Positions 52,808 through 62,762 of a stretch of 64,000 nt of DNA are shown piece after piece. The position numbers were made by a program, and so were the translations under genes. Every line of letters begins with the position of its first letter. Position 1 is the first letter of the stretch. This DNA is from a virus, in the IMG/VR virus record IMGVR_UViG_3300032286_001614, positions 7,746 to 71,745 of that record; one strand, given 5' to 3'. Below the pieces are notes generated by a model. It saw only the letters and a program-made list of their open reading frames with translations, did not search any database and was not told the DNA's origin.

Positions 52808-52880
52808 ATTTTTAGGTAGTTTGGGTTGATTCGCCAAAATGATACTCTATTTGCAGAAAAAGCCAAGCATTTTTTTAAAA

Positions 52881-53087
52881 TTATTTTAATTTAATTTCCC
52901 TATTTCCGGTTCTATCAAAAACAAAATCATATTCAACTCCGCCTGCTTTTGCCCAATCAGGAATTATATGATTCTTAATTAATAAATCTACTTTTTCGGC
53001 AGAATATTCTCCAAAAAAATGGGTTGTATAAACAAGATTTGTTTTTTTAGAACAATATTCTAAATAATGATATTGTGCAATATTCAT
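52881..53087 (-). CDS. small hypothetical protein
   Basis: Overlapping operon. Confidence 0.65.
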   Translation of the reverse strand: MNIAQYHYLEYCSKKTNLVYTTHFFGEYSAEKVDLLIKNHIIPDWAKAGGVEYDFVFDRTGNREIKLK

Positions 53088-53287
53088 TCTACTTCGTCGC
53101 TTTGAATCTTTTGCTCAAGAATAATAAACTTATATGTATTCTTTTTAATTAACTCATCTTTTATTTGCCGCGCAATCTCAATTTTATCTGTTTGCGCCCA
53201 AACATCAAAAGCCCAGCCTTTATTTCTGACTAAGCCGACTGAATATTTAGTATCGTTGCCATCAAATAGAATTTTCATGCGGCGCAA
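53084..53287 (-). CDS. small hypothetical protein
   Basis: Overlapping operon. Confidence 0.65.
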   Translation of the reverse strand: MRRMKILFDGNDTKYSVGLVRNKGWAFDVWAQTDKIEIARQIKDELIKKNTYKFIILEQKIQSDEVE

Positions 53288-53796
53288 AGCTCATTTAATC
53301 TTTTTTCACAATGATTAATTTCTGATTGTAGTTGATATTGAGTATCATAATCTTTTGTGTTTAATAATTCTTTTTTAGAATTATCAATTATATTTTGATA
53401 ATGACTTATTGAGAATCTGTGCTCCTCTTCTTTTGTATATCCTGCCATTTCCCCACGATAACCAAGGGCGCGTAAATGCTCCTTAGACAAAATCAGAGGC
53501 TTGCCATATATTTTAATAAGATGATTAAATTCTTCTATATCAGAAATTACTGATTGTTCAAATCTTTCCAAATCAAAATCAATAGTTTGTGCTAGTGAGC
53601 ATTCCCCATTTGAAATTTTTTGATAATATTTATGAAATAAACCATCAGACCAACCAAAAATTTTATCAGAATCTCCTCCAAGTGGGAAAGATTCGCGTGG
53701 ATCAAAATAATTACCTTGCCAAGTGATTGTTTTAAAAGATAGGTCGAGACTGAGATTATAAGCCTCATTCATTAAATCTTGCAATGATTTATTCAT
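53275..53796 (-). CDS. hypothetical protein
   Basis: 173-aa ORF. Confidence 0.7.
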   Translation of the reverse strand: MNKSLQDLMNEAYNLSLDLSFKTITWQGNYFDPRESFPLGGDSDKIFGWSDGLFHKYYQKISNGECSLAQTIDFDLERFEQSVISDIEEFNHLIKIYGKPLILSKEHLRALGYRGEMAGYTKEEEHRFSISHYQNIIDNSKKELLNTKDYDTQYQLQSEINHCEKRLNELCAA

Positions 53797-53797
53797 A

Positions 53798-53980
53798 TTA
53801 ATTATTAATAAAGATTTGTAAAAATTGTTTATCTCTTAGATATAATCCAGCATTAATTTGACGATAAGATTTATTTGAATTTGATTTAATATAATTTTTC
53901 TGATAATTCCAATATCTAAGCACACGTTCACGCAATTTTTCTTCTGTCCAACCTAACTCAATTAATTTAAATTTTGTCAT
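53798..53980 (-). CDS. small hypothetical protein
   Basis: 60 aa, promoter at about 54000-54030. Confidence 0.6.
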   Translation of the reverse strand: MTKFKLIELGWTEEKLRERVLRYWNYQKNYIKSNSNKSYRQINAGLYLRDKQFLQIFINN

Positions 53981-54035
53981 TGTAGTTTTGATTCACTCTC
54001 CATAATAGATTAACAGAGGGTAAAGTCAAGCATTT

Positions 54036-54191
54036 TTATGGATTTTTCGGCGGATTTATTCCAATAAAAACATTAGGTCTATCTGTTAAAAGATAATGTT
54101 TCCACCAAGTCATATTATAACCTGACTGAAAATAAATAAATCGCCCGCATTTTGATTTAATATGAGGTAAACGCTGGATATTATATAACAT
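54036..54191 (-). CDS. small hypothetical protein
   Basis: Start corrected to MLYNIQ. Confidence 0.5.
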   Translation of the reverse strand: MLYNIQRLPHIKSKCGRFIYFQSGYNMTWWKHYLLTDRPNVFIGINPPKNP

Positions 54192-54192
54192 T

Positions 54193-54447
54193 TTAATTAA
54201 TTTCAAAATCTGAAATTTCAACATCTTCAAGTGCTTCTTGATAAACAACTTTACCAATCATTTGAAATGGGTCTAATTGAATAACTTTACCACAATCAGT
54301 ATTTTCCGCACAATGGGAAATTGTGGTAGCATATTTTCCAGAATTCAAACCGTCGATAAACTCTTCATCGGATATATCAATAAAAAGCTCAATATCTTGT
54401 AGGATATTTCCATTTATTTGCGCGAAGATAGATATGTTTTTGTTCAT
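54193..54447 (-). CDS. small acidic hypothetical protein
   Basis: 84-aa ORF. Confidence 0.65.
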   Translation of the reverse strand: MNKNISIFAQINGNILQDIELFIDISDEEFIDGLNSGKYATTISHCAENTDCGKVIQLDPFQMIGKVVYQEALEDVEISDFEIN

Positions 54448-54451
54448 TTTA

Positions 54452-54748
54452 TTATAGGAGTTTAAATGCTTTTTTGAGAGCGGTTTCTAGCGTAACATCA
54501 TTTGTATTATCAGGATAAAGGGAAAAATGCCAATCAAAATCTAAAACTCGCTTTCTATTATTAAAACGTGGATGGGAATCATCAAAACGCTTTTCATCAC
54601 AAATATGATGCCAAATTGTCCACATTTCAAATGTTTTAATATCGCCTTTCTTGTTTTTAATATCTTCTAATACAGAAGGAAAACGTGCGATAAGATAATT
54701 ACGAATATTATCTACCATCATATTAAGAGTATCAGGTTTTACTTTCAT
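54452..54748 (-). CDS. small hypothetical protein
   Basis: 98-aa ORF ending NDVTLETALKK. Confidence 0.7.
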   Translation of the reverse strand: MKVKPDTLNMMVDNIRNYLIARFPSVLEDIKNKKGDIKTFEMWTIWHHICDEKRFDDSHPRFNNRKRVLDFDWHFSLYPDNTNDVTLETALKKAFKLL

Positions 54749-54809
54749 AGTGATTTTAATTTCGCTACTAAATTAGCACACTCAAAACAAATTGCAAGAA
54801 AATAATAAA

Positions 54810-55115
54810 TTAATTTGGCTCTATCCAACATTCATGACCATGATCATAATCATAAAAAATCTTATGACCTTTTAGAGTATGCTTCCCCACATATTCAAAA
54901 ACACCAGCAATATATTGAACATCTTGATATTCTTTTATATCATAAAGACGTATTCCTCCGTAGTAATCAACACTTTTAAGTTTTCCTACGGTTATTTTTG
55001 TTTGTCCATATATTCCGACACAATGTTTAACTTTATATTCTTTATTTTCTACGAGTGGATTGCCATCTTTGTCAAGATAGGTATAAAACTCTCCGTTTGT
55101 GCTTTTAATTTTCAT
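54810..55115 (-). CDS. small hypothetical protein
   Basis: 101-aa ORF. Confidence 0.65.
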   Translation of the reverse strand: MKIKSTNGEFYTYLDKDGNPLVENKEYKVKHCVGIYGQTKITVGKLKSVDYYGGIRLYDIKEYQDVQYIAGVFEYVGKHTLKGHKIFYDYDHGHECWIEPN

Positions 55116-55116
55116 A

Positions 55117-55470
55117 TTAAACTTCTAGTGGATCTTTTTGTTTATTTTTAGTAAAATCGTGCAATATAACTGGTTGATTATGATTATCCTTAAAAACAAT
55201 ATATTTAACAGAACGTAGTTTTCCTTTGGATTTTTCAACCAAAATATCATTTACGCAAGCATTAACGAAAGAAACAACTTTTTCATTAGTTATCTGAGTA
55301 ATGAAAGATTTTCTAAACCAACGCTGCATTTTATAATGCACCGATGATTTAGATTTAATTTTTTGATGCGCCAAACCCAAAACAAAAATTTGATAAGGGC
55401 GTGGATTTTTAAAATCCCAAGGCATATTTGGAATTGAATTATTATTTATTGGTAAACGATTGTTTTTCAT
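55117..55470 (-). CDS. hypothetical protein
   Basis: 117-aa ORF with promoter. Confidence 0.65.
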   Translation of the reverse strand: MKNNRLPINNNSIPNMPWDFKNPRPYQIFVLGLAHQKIKSKSSVHYKMQRWFRKSFITQITNEKVVSFVNACVNDILVEKSKGKLRSVKYIVFKDNHNQPVILHDFTKNKQKDPLEV

Positions 55471-55561
55471 GAATAGATTGATTCACGACAAAAGACTACC
55501 ATAACCCACGCCCAAATCAAGATAATTCTTCGATTTTTTTTATTTATTTGTCGAGTTATTA

Positions 55562-55936
55562 TTAATAGATAGCACCGTTTAAATTACAGATACAAAATTC
55601 TTTAGTATATTCTTTGTCTTCATAAATACTAAGTATAACAGATTTTGCATTCTGCATAATTTCAATATATTTTGACGGCATTATCGCCATAATATTATTT
55701 TCTACTAGATTTTTTAAATCTTGTATATTTTTCAAATCCACGTAAAGAAAAAATGGTGATTCTAATTCTTCAAGACGAATTAATACATTTTTAGGATTTT
55801 CTGAAACAATATTTTCTTGTAATATTTTATCTATATCTTTTTTATTACCTTGATAAATATCACGATTATATGCTGTTATTAAATCTTTAATCTCTTCTAT
55901 TGAAGCCTTAAATTCTATACATTTTTCTATTTTCAT
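55562..55936 (-). CDS. hypothetical protein
   Basis: 124-aa ORF. Confidence 0.65.
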   Translation of the reverse strand: MKIEKCIEFKASIEEIKDLITAYNRDIYQGNKKDIDKILQENIVSENPKNVLIRLEELESPFFLYVDLKNIQDLKNLVENNIMAIMPSKYIEIMQNAKSVILSIYEDKEYTKEFCICNLNGAIY

Positions 55937-56152
55937 ATTATTACTTTTTATTTTGATTTTTAATTAGTTGTTTTAGTCCGATAAGAGTGTCGGCACGAAA
56001 TTTATTTCCAAAATCATCTTTTCCCATCCATTTGATATGGGCGATATTTTTAAAAATAGTAAAATTAAAATATTTACTATGATAGATAGTTGAATAATCG
56101 TTAAACATAAAGATTTAAAAGTAGTATATCAGAATGAGAAGTCAACTGATTT

Positions 56153-56667
56153 TTAACTATTTTCAGGATATTTTTCAAAATATTTATAAGTCTTAAATTT
56201 ACTTTTTACCAAACTCCAATACATTTTAAATGCAAACACACGCGAATAACACCAGCGGTCGGAAAAATAAGAAAGATTTCCCTCAAGATAATAGAGAACA
56301 TTGTAAAATGATTTACGTTCATCTCGTTTGTGATTTAACTTATTGTAAACACCTTGGTCATCTTTTATTTTTAATGTTTCATAATCAATCGCATTGAGAT
56401 AATTCCACTTGTAAAATAAGCAACTGCTCCGTCAATTTCATCCTTATCACAAGGTTTGACATAACGCTCAAGATATTTAATAAAAGCGGTTATGCGCTTA
56501 TCCAGCGCAGCCATCTTTTGTTTTGTATAAACAGGATACCAATCTTCCGGTTTATGAAAATCGTAACTAATTGAATAGTCGCGTTTAATATTCCCGCTGA
56601 TTAAGTTAATAATCGCGCAGGACTCATCAATCATATAACCACGGGTAGTTCTCTTTTTAGTTGGCAT
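56153..56667 (-). pseudogene. frameshifted hypothetical gene (about 171 aa if repaired)
   Basis: Track ORF 56371-56667 plus a start-less -1 frame open from about 56433 to TAA at 56153. Confidence 0.55.
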
Positions 56668-56672
56668 TTTAT

Positions 56673-56906
56673 TTAATATAATTCAGCGGCTTTTTTGATA
56701 ATTTGTTCGTCGTAAATACAGGATTTATGATTTGCTAAATAAGAATCAGCAATCGTTCGCGCAACCATAGCGTCGTCTAAACCTAAGTCAATACTTATTT
56801 TTGAACGAATATGCGAAGCATTTGAGCGATTAATATAATAATTATTATTTAATAGATTGCGAATATAATCCGCTGAATATGTATAAGGATAACGATGGTC
56901 TTGCAT
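56673..56906 (-). CDS. small hypothetical protein
   Basis: 77 aa, RYPYTYSADYIR. Confidence 0.7.
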   Translation of the reverse strand: MQDHRYPYTYSADYIRNLLNNNYYINRSNASHIRSKISIDLGLDDAMVARTIADSYLANHKSCIYDEQIIKKAAELY

Positions 56907-56908
56907 TT

Positions 56909-57103
56909 TTAATCTTTATTTATTTTTACAGTTTCCCATCCATGATCCATTTCTTGCGTGATATGAGTCCAATTATTATAAGAGCGACCACGGTTTATTC
57001 TTTCGGCTTGAGCTAAAATTTTTGCTTCTTTCCAACCAAGAACATTAAAAAGTTCTATATGACAACCATCATCAAAATAAACCCAAAAGTCATAAGTTTT
57101 CAT
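56909..57103 (-). CDS. small hypothetical protein
   Basis: 64-aa ORF. Confidence 0.65.
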   Translation of the reverse strand: MKTYDFWVYFDDGCHIELFNVLGWKEAKILAQAERINRGRSYNNWTHITQEMDHGWETVKINKD

Positions 57104-57120
57104 AATTATGATTGCATTTT

Positions 57121-57498
57121 TTAGAAAGCAAAATCAGCAAACCGTGAATAAATATATTCCTTTATGTTATTACGGTTTTTGCCAGTAATCTTAACATTAA
57201 AATCATTCATCAAATCGGGCGTGATGATAATTTTATGTTCAGACCATCCATCATAATATCCATTTTCATTCATATGATGAAAAGCAGTATCAAAGACAAG
57301 TTTATTATCTTTGGATTCATCCCAATTAAATTTAGTTCCATTATCAAAACCGGAACCGCGAGGAAGATATTTTTTAACTAAATCTTCAAGATTATTGGCG
57401 TGCCTATCTTCCCATTCCTTATTTCCTGATTTAATGCAATTATTATAAGCATTAAATGTTTGAGCGACATCTTGATAGAATTTATATGCAGAAGACAT
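57121..57498 (-). CDS. hypothetical phage protein
   Basis: LPRGSGFD...FHHMNENGYYDGW. Confidence 0.75.
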   Translation of the reverse strand: MSSAYKFYQDVAQTFNAYNNCIKSGNKEWEDRHANNLEDLVKKYLPRGSGFDNGTKFNWDESKDNKLVFDTAFHHMNENGYYDGWSEHKIIITPDLMNDFNVKITGKNRNNIKEYIYSRFADFAF

Positions 57499-57638
57499 TG
57501 TGAATAAATTTCCGTTTATTTATTTAGTGGAGAGTTTCAAAACGGAACTAAAAATTATCTCTCGTAACAAGCAAAACCTTAGCAGGAATATGGCTAAGGT
57601 CAAGCAGTTTTTTTAAAAAAAATTAAATATTTTTTATT

Positions 57639-58037
57639 TTACTCACATCGGGAAATATCTCGTCCATATTTTTTATTTGCCCATACAAAGGCATCTGAAA
57701 TATCAAAATATTTGGCATTTCCTTGCCAATCTATTACAACAGAAAATCCAACAAAGTAGCGTAATTTTTCATTACCAATTTCTTGAACAATTGCAACTTC
57801 ACCTTCTGATAAATGTTTAGATAGCTCGGTAATAAATTCAACTTCAGTTGAATCTTCACCATCTTCACTCATCATATAATCTGGGATACCACTTTCAGTA
57901 GAACCGAAAGCAATATATTCTTCATTTTTTTTAGAAAAAGTTTCTAGTGAATCGAATTTACTAATCCAATTTTTAAATTTTTCAAGGTCTTTTACCTTAA
58001 AAAAGTTACTTAAACAACTTGCATAATAGTTTGCCAT
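57639..58037 (-). CDS. hypothetical phage protein
   Basis: MANYY..SNFFKVKD...GNEKLRY. Confidence 0.75.
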   Translation of the reverse strand: MANYYASCLSNFFKVKDLEKFKNWISKFDSLETFSKKNEEYIAFGSTESGIPDYMMSEDGEDSTEVEFITELSKHLSEGEVAIVQEIGNEKLRYFVGFSVVIDWQGNAKYFDISDAFVWANKKYGRDISRCE

Positions 58038-58043
58038 AATATT

Positions 58044-58078
<35 letters not shown>

Positions 58079-58080
<2 letters not shown>

Positions 58081-58396
58081 AATAAAGATTCTTTTCGATT
58101 TTGTTATTAATTCTTATCCTCAAACATTTAAAAACACGACTTGTTTTTGTTTCCCAATGACGAGGATATTGCCCATTACCTTTACAATCATCGCATTCAT
58201 CCTCATATTTAGGATGTATTCCTATTCCCGCGCAAATAACGCATCTTGAATTATTTTCCCAAGGTTTTGTCTCAAAATGCCGGAAAAAGAAAATTCTATC
58301 ACTAATAATGTTTTTCCAATAATTATACCAGTCTGGCCATGAATCGGGAGTAAAACGCCAATAATTATCGCGCAAGTATTTAATTAGTTTAATCAT
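58079..58396 (-). CDS. hypothetical protein with DnaJ-type CxxCxGxG zinc motif
   Basis: CVICAGIG...CDDCKGNG; start corrected to MIKLIK. Confidence 0.65.
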
Positions 58397-58398
58397 TT

Positions 58399-58725
58399 TT
58401 ATGCAAATTTTTCTTTCCGCCAATATTGAGGAATAGATTTATTAGGAATCTCTAATTCTTGCACAACCTTTTCGCATTTATACAAATAATATCCTTTTTC
58501 TCGATTCCAACCAATTAATTCAAATCCACAATATTTTTCAATAAAAGAGAAGACATCTGTATTCCATCCCTTTTTATGAAAAATAATGTCATCATTAAAA
58601 GTAACAATATCTTCTGGTGTTTTATCGTTTAGATTTAAACCATAACAAATTGCATATTGTTTAATCACATCATTTCCCCACTTAAAATGGGAAACAAGCG
58701 TAAATTTATCAAGATTTAAGTGCAT
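58399..58725 (-). CDS. hypothetical protein
   Basis: Start corrected to MHLNLD. Confidence 0.6.
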   Translation of the reverse strand: MHLNLDKFTLVSHFKWGNDVIKQYAICYGLNLNDKTPEDIVTFNDDIIFHKKGWNTDVFSFIEKYCGFELIGWNREKGYYLYKCEKVVQELEIPNKSIPQYWRKEKFA

Positions 58726-59059
58726 AAAATTTCCAAATATAATCTTTTTTACAATCATAATTAACCGTAATTCTTTCTCCATCGGAAACAGCTAAAGTGC
58801 CATCGCCATCCCAATAATAAGCTAAACAAATTTTAGGATTATCTTTATCTTGATAGAAATAAATATTATAATCTTCAGCATCATCTGGATCATAGAATCC
58901 TAAATATTCATAATAATCATGCGGTAATGGATTGCGAACGAAATTAGATTCTACATTAAAGTTAGAATAACATCCGTAACCTTCTTTTGTAAAAAAAGTA
59001 TGGCGTAAAAGTTCGCCAAAAATGTTTGGGTCTTGAATATTTTTTGTATCAATATTCAT
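58709..59059 (-). CDS. hypothetical protein
   Basis: 116-aa ORF, YYWDGDGTL. Confidence 0.7.
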   Translation of the reverse strand: MNIDTKNIQDPNIFGELLRHTFFTKEGYGCYSNFNVESNFVRNPLPHDYYEYLGFYDPDDAEDYNIYFYQDKDNPKICLAYYWDGDGTLAVSDGERITVNYDCKKDYIWKFYALKS

Positions 59060-59061
59060 AT

Positions 59062-59331
59062 TTAAAAAGCGTGCATTTTAAATTCTTTATCTTCCTCAAA
59101 AATAACTCTTATCGCATCGCCGTGGTCGTAACATTCAATTTCATCAACGCGCATTTTAGAAATATCTCCATATACGCTTTTTAAAGTCTTTTCATCGTTA
59201 TGCTTTAACATCATTTTAAGATGAAATTCAGCAGAATTCTTATCATCAAAATGCTTTCGCCCTTGATTTGCAAAAGCTAGTTCACGATAACCATCTTTAT
59301 TAACACAGGTAATTGCGTAGCGGATTTTCAT
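59062..59331 (-). CDS. small hypothetical protein
   Basis: 89-aa ORF. Confidence 0.7.
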   Translation of the reverse strand: MKIRYAITCVNKDGYRELAFANQGRKHFDDKNSAEFHLKMMLKHNDEKTLKSVYGDISKMRVDEIECYDHGDAIRVIFEEDKEFKMHAF

Positions 59332-59339
59332 TTTTAATA

Positions 59340-59630
59340 TTATTTAATATTATTCTTAATCCAAGCGGCAATTTTAGTGGGTTCGCACCCAGCATATTCC
59401 CAATCGCGCACCATTTTATTAAAGTCACGAATCTTCATATCTTTTTCATACATATGAAAAGTTTTGGTGCAGTCGCCATTAAATAAATCATAAATAGCGG
59501 CATGGATATTGGATGCTCCACCGGAAATTTTACCACTTACTGATTTACCATTTTCAGAATAAGTAAATGCGTAATAACAATTTCCAGCAAAATCAGGACG
59601 AGAATTATAGATATAGATAGTTGAGTTCAT
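59340..59630 (-). CDS. small hypothetical protein
   Basis: 96-aa ORF with promoter. Confidence 0.7.
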   Translation of the reverse strand: MNSTIYIYNSRPDFAGNCYYAFTYSENGKSVSGKISGGASNIHAAIYDLFNGDCTKTFHMYEKDMKIRDFNKMVRDWEYAGCEPTKIAAWIKNNIK

Positions 59631-59815
59631 GATTGACGCGATTAATATAGCGGACTGATAAGAAAAGTCAAGTGATTTATGAAAAAATTTTTAGATTTTT
59701 ATGTTCTAAACGTGCAATTATCACTATTGATTTTCTTCGCACGCTCAGTAGCTTGTTTAGCAGCAGAATATATAGAAATACCTTTTTCTATTTCAATAAA
59801 AATAGCCATGTTGAT

Positions 59816-60022
59816 TTAATTTGAAATATAATGTTGCACCTCATAAATATCATCTATTGGAGGCTTAATAAGCATCCATTGACCAACCATAGAAATAACC
59901 AAATTATTTTTGGCATTCTTACGAGGAGGTTTTGCATCAATTTCCCGCGAATGAAAGAAATCCTGCAAATCCTTGCGGGATAGATAAAATTTATTATTAG
60001 GATTATGATTTAGATTTAACAT
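59816..60022 (-). CDS. small hypothetical protein
   Basis: 68-aa ORF with promoter. Confidence 0.6.
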   Translation of the reverse strand: MLNLNHNPNNKFYLSRKDLQDFFHSREIDAKPPRKNAKNNLVISMVGQWMLIKPPIDDIYEVQHYISN

Positions 60023-60132
60023 ATTTATGGTTTTTTTAGGTTGTAGTTATGGCGAACGAAAAGACTCTAGCACAGGCTTGGCTAGAGTCAAGTATTTTTT
60101 AAAATATTTTTCGTTTTTTAAAAAAAATCGTA

Positions 60133-60342
60133 TCAACTTAAATACTTCTTTACAATCTTCTCCCTATTCCTAAATTTATGTTTATATTTATATTTTATAT
60201 AATATCTATTATATTTAATACGGCATTCTTCAGAAAAAGTTCCGTAAGGTTGATAAAACCAACATTCCTGTCCCTCTCCAATAATACTTATTTCCCAAGG
60301 TGAGAAAAAATATTCGTATAGATTAGTAATAAATTTAAACAT
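60133..60342 (-). CDS. small hypothetical protein
   Basis: 69-aa ORF. Confidence 0.6.
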   Translation of the reverse strand: MFKFITNLYEYFFSPWEISIIGEGQECWFYQPYGTFSEECRIKYNRYYIKYKYKHKFRNREKIVKKYLS

Positions 60343-60346
60343 ATAA

Positions 60347-60397
60347 TTAAAATCTTTCGTCTTCTTTTAATTTTCCATTTTCATCTGAATAAAAAAA
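60347..60397 (-). pseudogene. orphan 3' remnant of the deaminase-like gene
   Basis: Translates FFYSDENGKLKEDERF*, matching LFYSDSDGMMQQRSIK* of 61560-61976. Confidence 0.65.
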
Positions 60398-60452
60398 ATA
60401 ATATTTTAATGCAATTAAGCATAAAATAAGTGTAACAAATTGCATTAAAATT

Positions 60453-61571
60453 ATGAAAATGGAATACTCTTTTAGCGACCCACTTCCTGAGATAAATGGA
60501 TTAATAGGCATATATGCTATATCTTCTAGGTATGATTCTAAGAATTATGTTGGACAGTCTTCTAATAAAAGAGGAATATTAAAAAGATTTCTTCAACATA
60601 AAGGAAATCTTAAAAAAGGAACTCATGATAATATTTTTCTTCAAAGAAGTTTTAATAAACATAAAGAAGAAAATTTTGTTTTTAGAATTTTAGAAATATG
60701 TGATGAAACTGATAATTTAAATCTTAAAGAAAAATACTGGGTTGAAAGACTTGATTCAATGTATAACAAAAATGGATGGAATATTGATTATATAGATGAA
60801 AATGGAAAAAGAAGATGTGATTATAGACCAAGATCAACGAGAAGTTTTGAAATAATGAGTCCGAGCGGAGAAATTATTCGTGGCAATAATATGAAAAAAT
60901 TTGCTATTGAAAATGGGCTTGATGATGGTGCCTTATGCCGTCTTATCAATGGAAAGCAAAAAGAAACAAAAGGGTGGAAATCTTTACATCCAGATATACA
61001 AAAAAAAGAAATTATCAAATATCAAGCTCTAAATCCAGATGGAATTTTATATACATTTACTAATAAATCAGATTTTTGTAAAGAACATGATTTGAATTAT
61101 TCAAATTTTTGTGCCATGATGAAGGGAAGGGCTAAATCATGTAAAGGCTGGACTAATCCAGAATATAAAGATAAAGAAATAATAAAGTATGTTAAATCAA
61201 AGAAATTTATTGATGGAAAAACTATTGTTTTTGGAGATTTTATGCTTTATGATGAAAATTATAGAATAATAAAATTTACTAATCTAAATAAATTTGCATT
61301 TGAAAATAATTTAGATTTTGAATATTTAAGGTGTGTTCTAAGAAAGAAAGGCCCAAATTCAATTGGAAAATTTAGATCATTAAGATGTAGAGTTTTTACA
61401 TTTTATGATTTTATTAATAAAAAATATTATCATGAAACACATTTAGTTAGACTTCAAAAATTATTGGGCATAACAGCAAACCAAATAAAACAGGCTAGAA
61501 AAGGATTAAAAACTAATACAAATTTTATATATATAAAAAATTATAAATTTGAAGAAATATTACTTGATTGA
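60453..61571 (+). CDS. free-standing GIY-YIG homing endonuclease with repeated C-terminal DNA-binding modules
   Basis: GIYAI..NYVGQS, R..QH, HDN..LQRSFNK, E; repeats of SPxG..NxxxFxxExxL...KGW; opposite strand to neighbours. Confidence 0.88.
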   Translation: MKMEYSFSDPLPEINGLIGIYAISSRYDSKNYVGQSSNKRGILKRFLQHKGNLKKGTHDNIFLQRSFNKHKEENFVFRILEICDETDNLNLKEKYWVERLDSMYNKNGWNIDYIDENGKRRCDYRPRSTRSFEIMSPSGEIIRGNNMKKFAIENGLDDGALCRLINGKQKETKGWKSLHPDIQKKEIIKYQALNPDGILYTFTNKSDFCKEHDLNYSNFCAMMKGRAKSCKGWTNPEYKDKEIIKYVKSKKFIDGKTIVFGDFMLYDENYRIIKFTNLNKFAFENNLDFEYLRCVLRKKGPNSIGKFRSLRCRVFTFYDFINKKYYHETHLVRLQKLLGITANQIKQARKGLKTNTNFIYIKNYKFEEILLD

Positions 61572-61976
61572 TCTTTGTTGCATCATTCCATCCGAATCAG
61601 AGTAAAAAAGTCTTTTTGCATTCAAATTTCTAAGTAAATTAAAACAGTTTATACAAAAATCACTCATCACTGGCTGTCCACGTCGATTAATACGAACATT
61701 CAATATGGTATAATTACTTAGATCTTCTTCGCCAAGACGTATTGCGAGGCTGCATTCTGAATGCAAATTGGGACGATATTCACCTGGAAGATTTTTATGA
61801 TTCTCATAACGTCCCCATTTGTGATATGGATGAATTTTTGTATAGGAATTTTGTCCAATACAAACAATACGAGATTTACGAACAGCAAATGAACAATGAT
61901 ATGATTTGCCTTCAATATCTTTTGGCATTAATGCTTTTGCAATCTCTACTGCGCGGTTATATATTCTTTGATTCAT
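61560..61976 (-). CDS. cytidine/dCMP deaminase-like zinc protein
   Basis: IGQN, LHSE, SDFCINC (HxE...CxxC). Confidence 0.75.
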   Translation of the reverse strand: MNQRIYNRAVEIAKALMPKDIEGKSYHCSFAVRKSRIVCIGQNSYTKIHPYHKWGRYENHKNLPGEYRPNLHSECSLAIRLGEEDLSNYTILNVRINRRGQPVMSDFCINCFNLLRNLNAKRLFYSDSDGMMQQRSIK

Positions 61977-62041
61977 GGCAAAAAGAATAGCTTGATAACC
62001 GTAGTCGTCAAGCTATTTTTTAAGATTTTTTTTAAAAATTG

Positions 62042-62227
62042 TTATGTCATCAAATGAGAAAAAGCGGTTTGTATAACTTGATATTTGTCCCAACCACTTG
62101 CTGAAAATTCATGCTCTTCCGACATGCATTCCCAAATCTTTTTTTCTTCATCATAATACATATTAAAACCAATTTTCTCTAATTCTTTTAAATAGAATGC
62201 AACTTTTTCATAATATTCATTTTCCAT
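62042..62227 (-). CDS. small hypothetical protein
   Basis: 61-aa ORF. Confidence 0.6.
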   Translation of the reverse strand: MENEYYEKVAFYLKELEKIGFNMYYDEEKKIWECMSEEHEFSASGWDKYQVIQTAFSHLMT

Positions 62228-62234
62228 ATTAATA

Positions 62235-62741
62235 TTATCCTCCTCTTTCGCCGCGATAAGGTGAAAGTTTATCTTTTATTATTTCTCCATTTTCGTAAAC
62301 TAATTCCCATTTATATCCGCCGCCACCATCATAAGATTTCATTTTAAAACACACTTGCGGATACATTTGAGCTAATTTATTAACAACAGGAATTGGAGGA
62401 GACCAAGCCGAACAAAAAGAAAAAGATATAGAAGATACTCCCTTTATAATTTCTTGCCCTTCATAAGTTCCCCATTTAGTTCCCCAATTTTCGCAGCACC
62501 ATTCATATCCACCTTGATTAAATCCATCGGCAGGTTTTTTCGACAAATCGGCATCTGGATTATCTCTATTTTGTATATCCCATGCCTTTGCAATTTCATC
62601 TAATTCCTTGTATTCAGAAGGATATGGAATAACAGCATCGCAATTTAATTCACCATTTTCGTTAAAATATTTTTTAACGATTTCATTCAAAATGGCTTTT
62701 GGGCCTGATATATTTAGGTCTGTTTCGCAATGGTTAGGCAT
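62235..62741 (-). CDS. DUF1281/YubB-like ferredoxin-fold protein
   Basis: MPNHC..., YEWCCENWGTKW, F.SAWSPP motifs. Confidence 0.75.
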   Translation of the reverse strand: MPNHCETDLNISGPKAILNEIVKKYFNENGELNCDAVIPYPSEYKELDEIAKAWDIQNRDNPDADLSKKPADGFNQGGYEWCCENWGTKWGTYEGQEIIKGVSSISFSFCSAWSPPIPVVNKLAQMYPQVCFKMKSYDGGGGYKWELVYENGEIIKDKLSPYRGERGG

Positions 62742-62762
62742 TTTAGTATATATTTTTTATTA

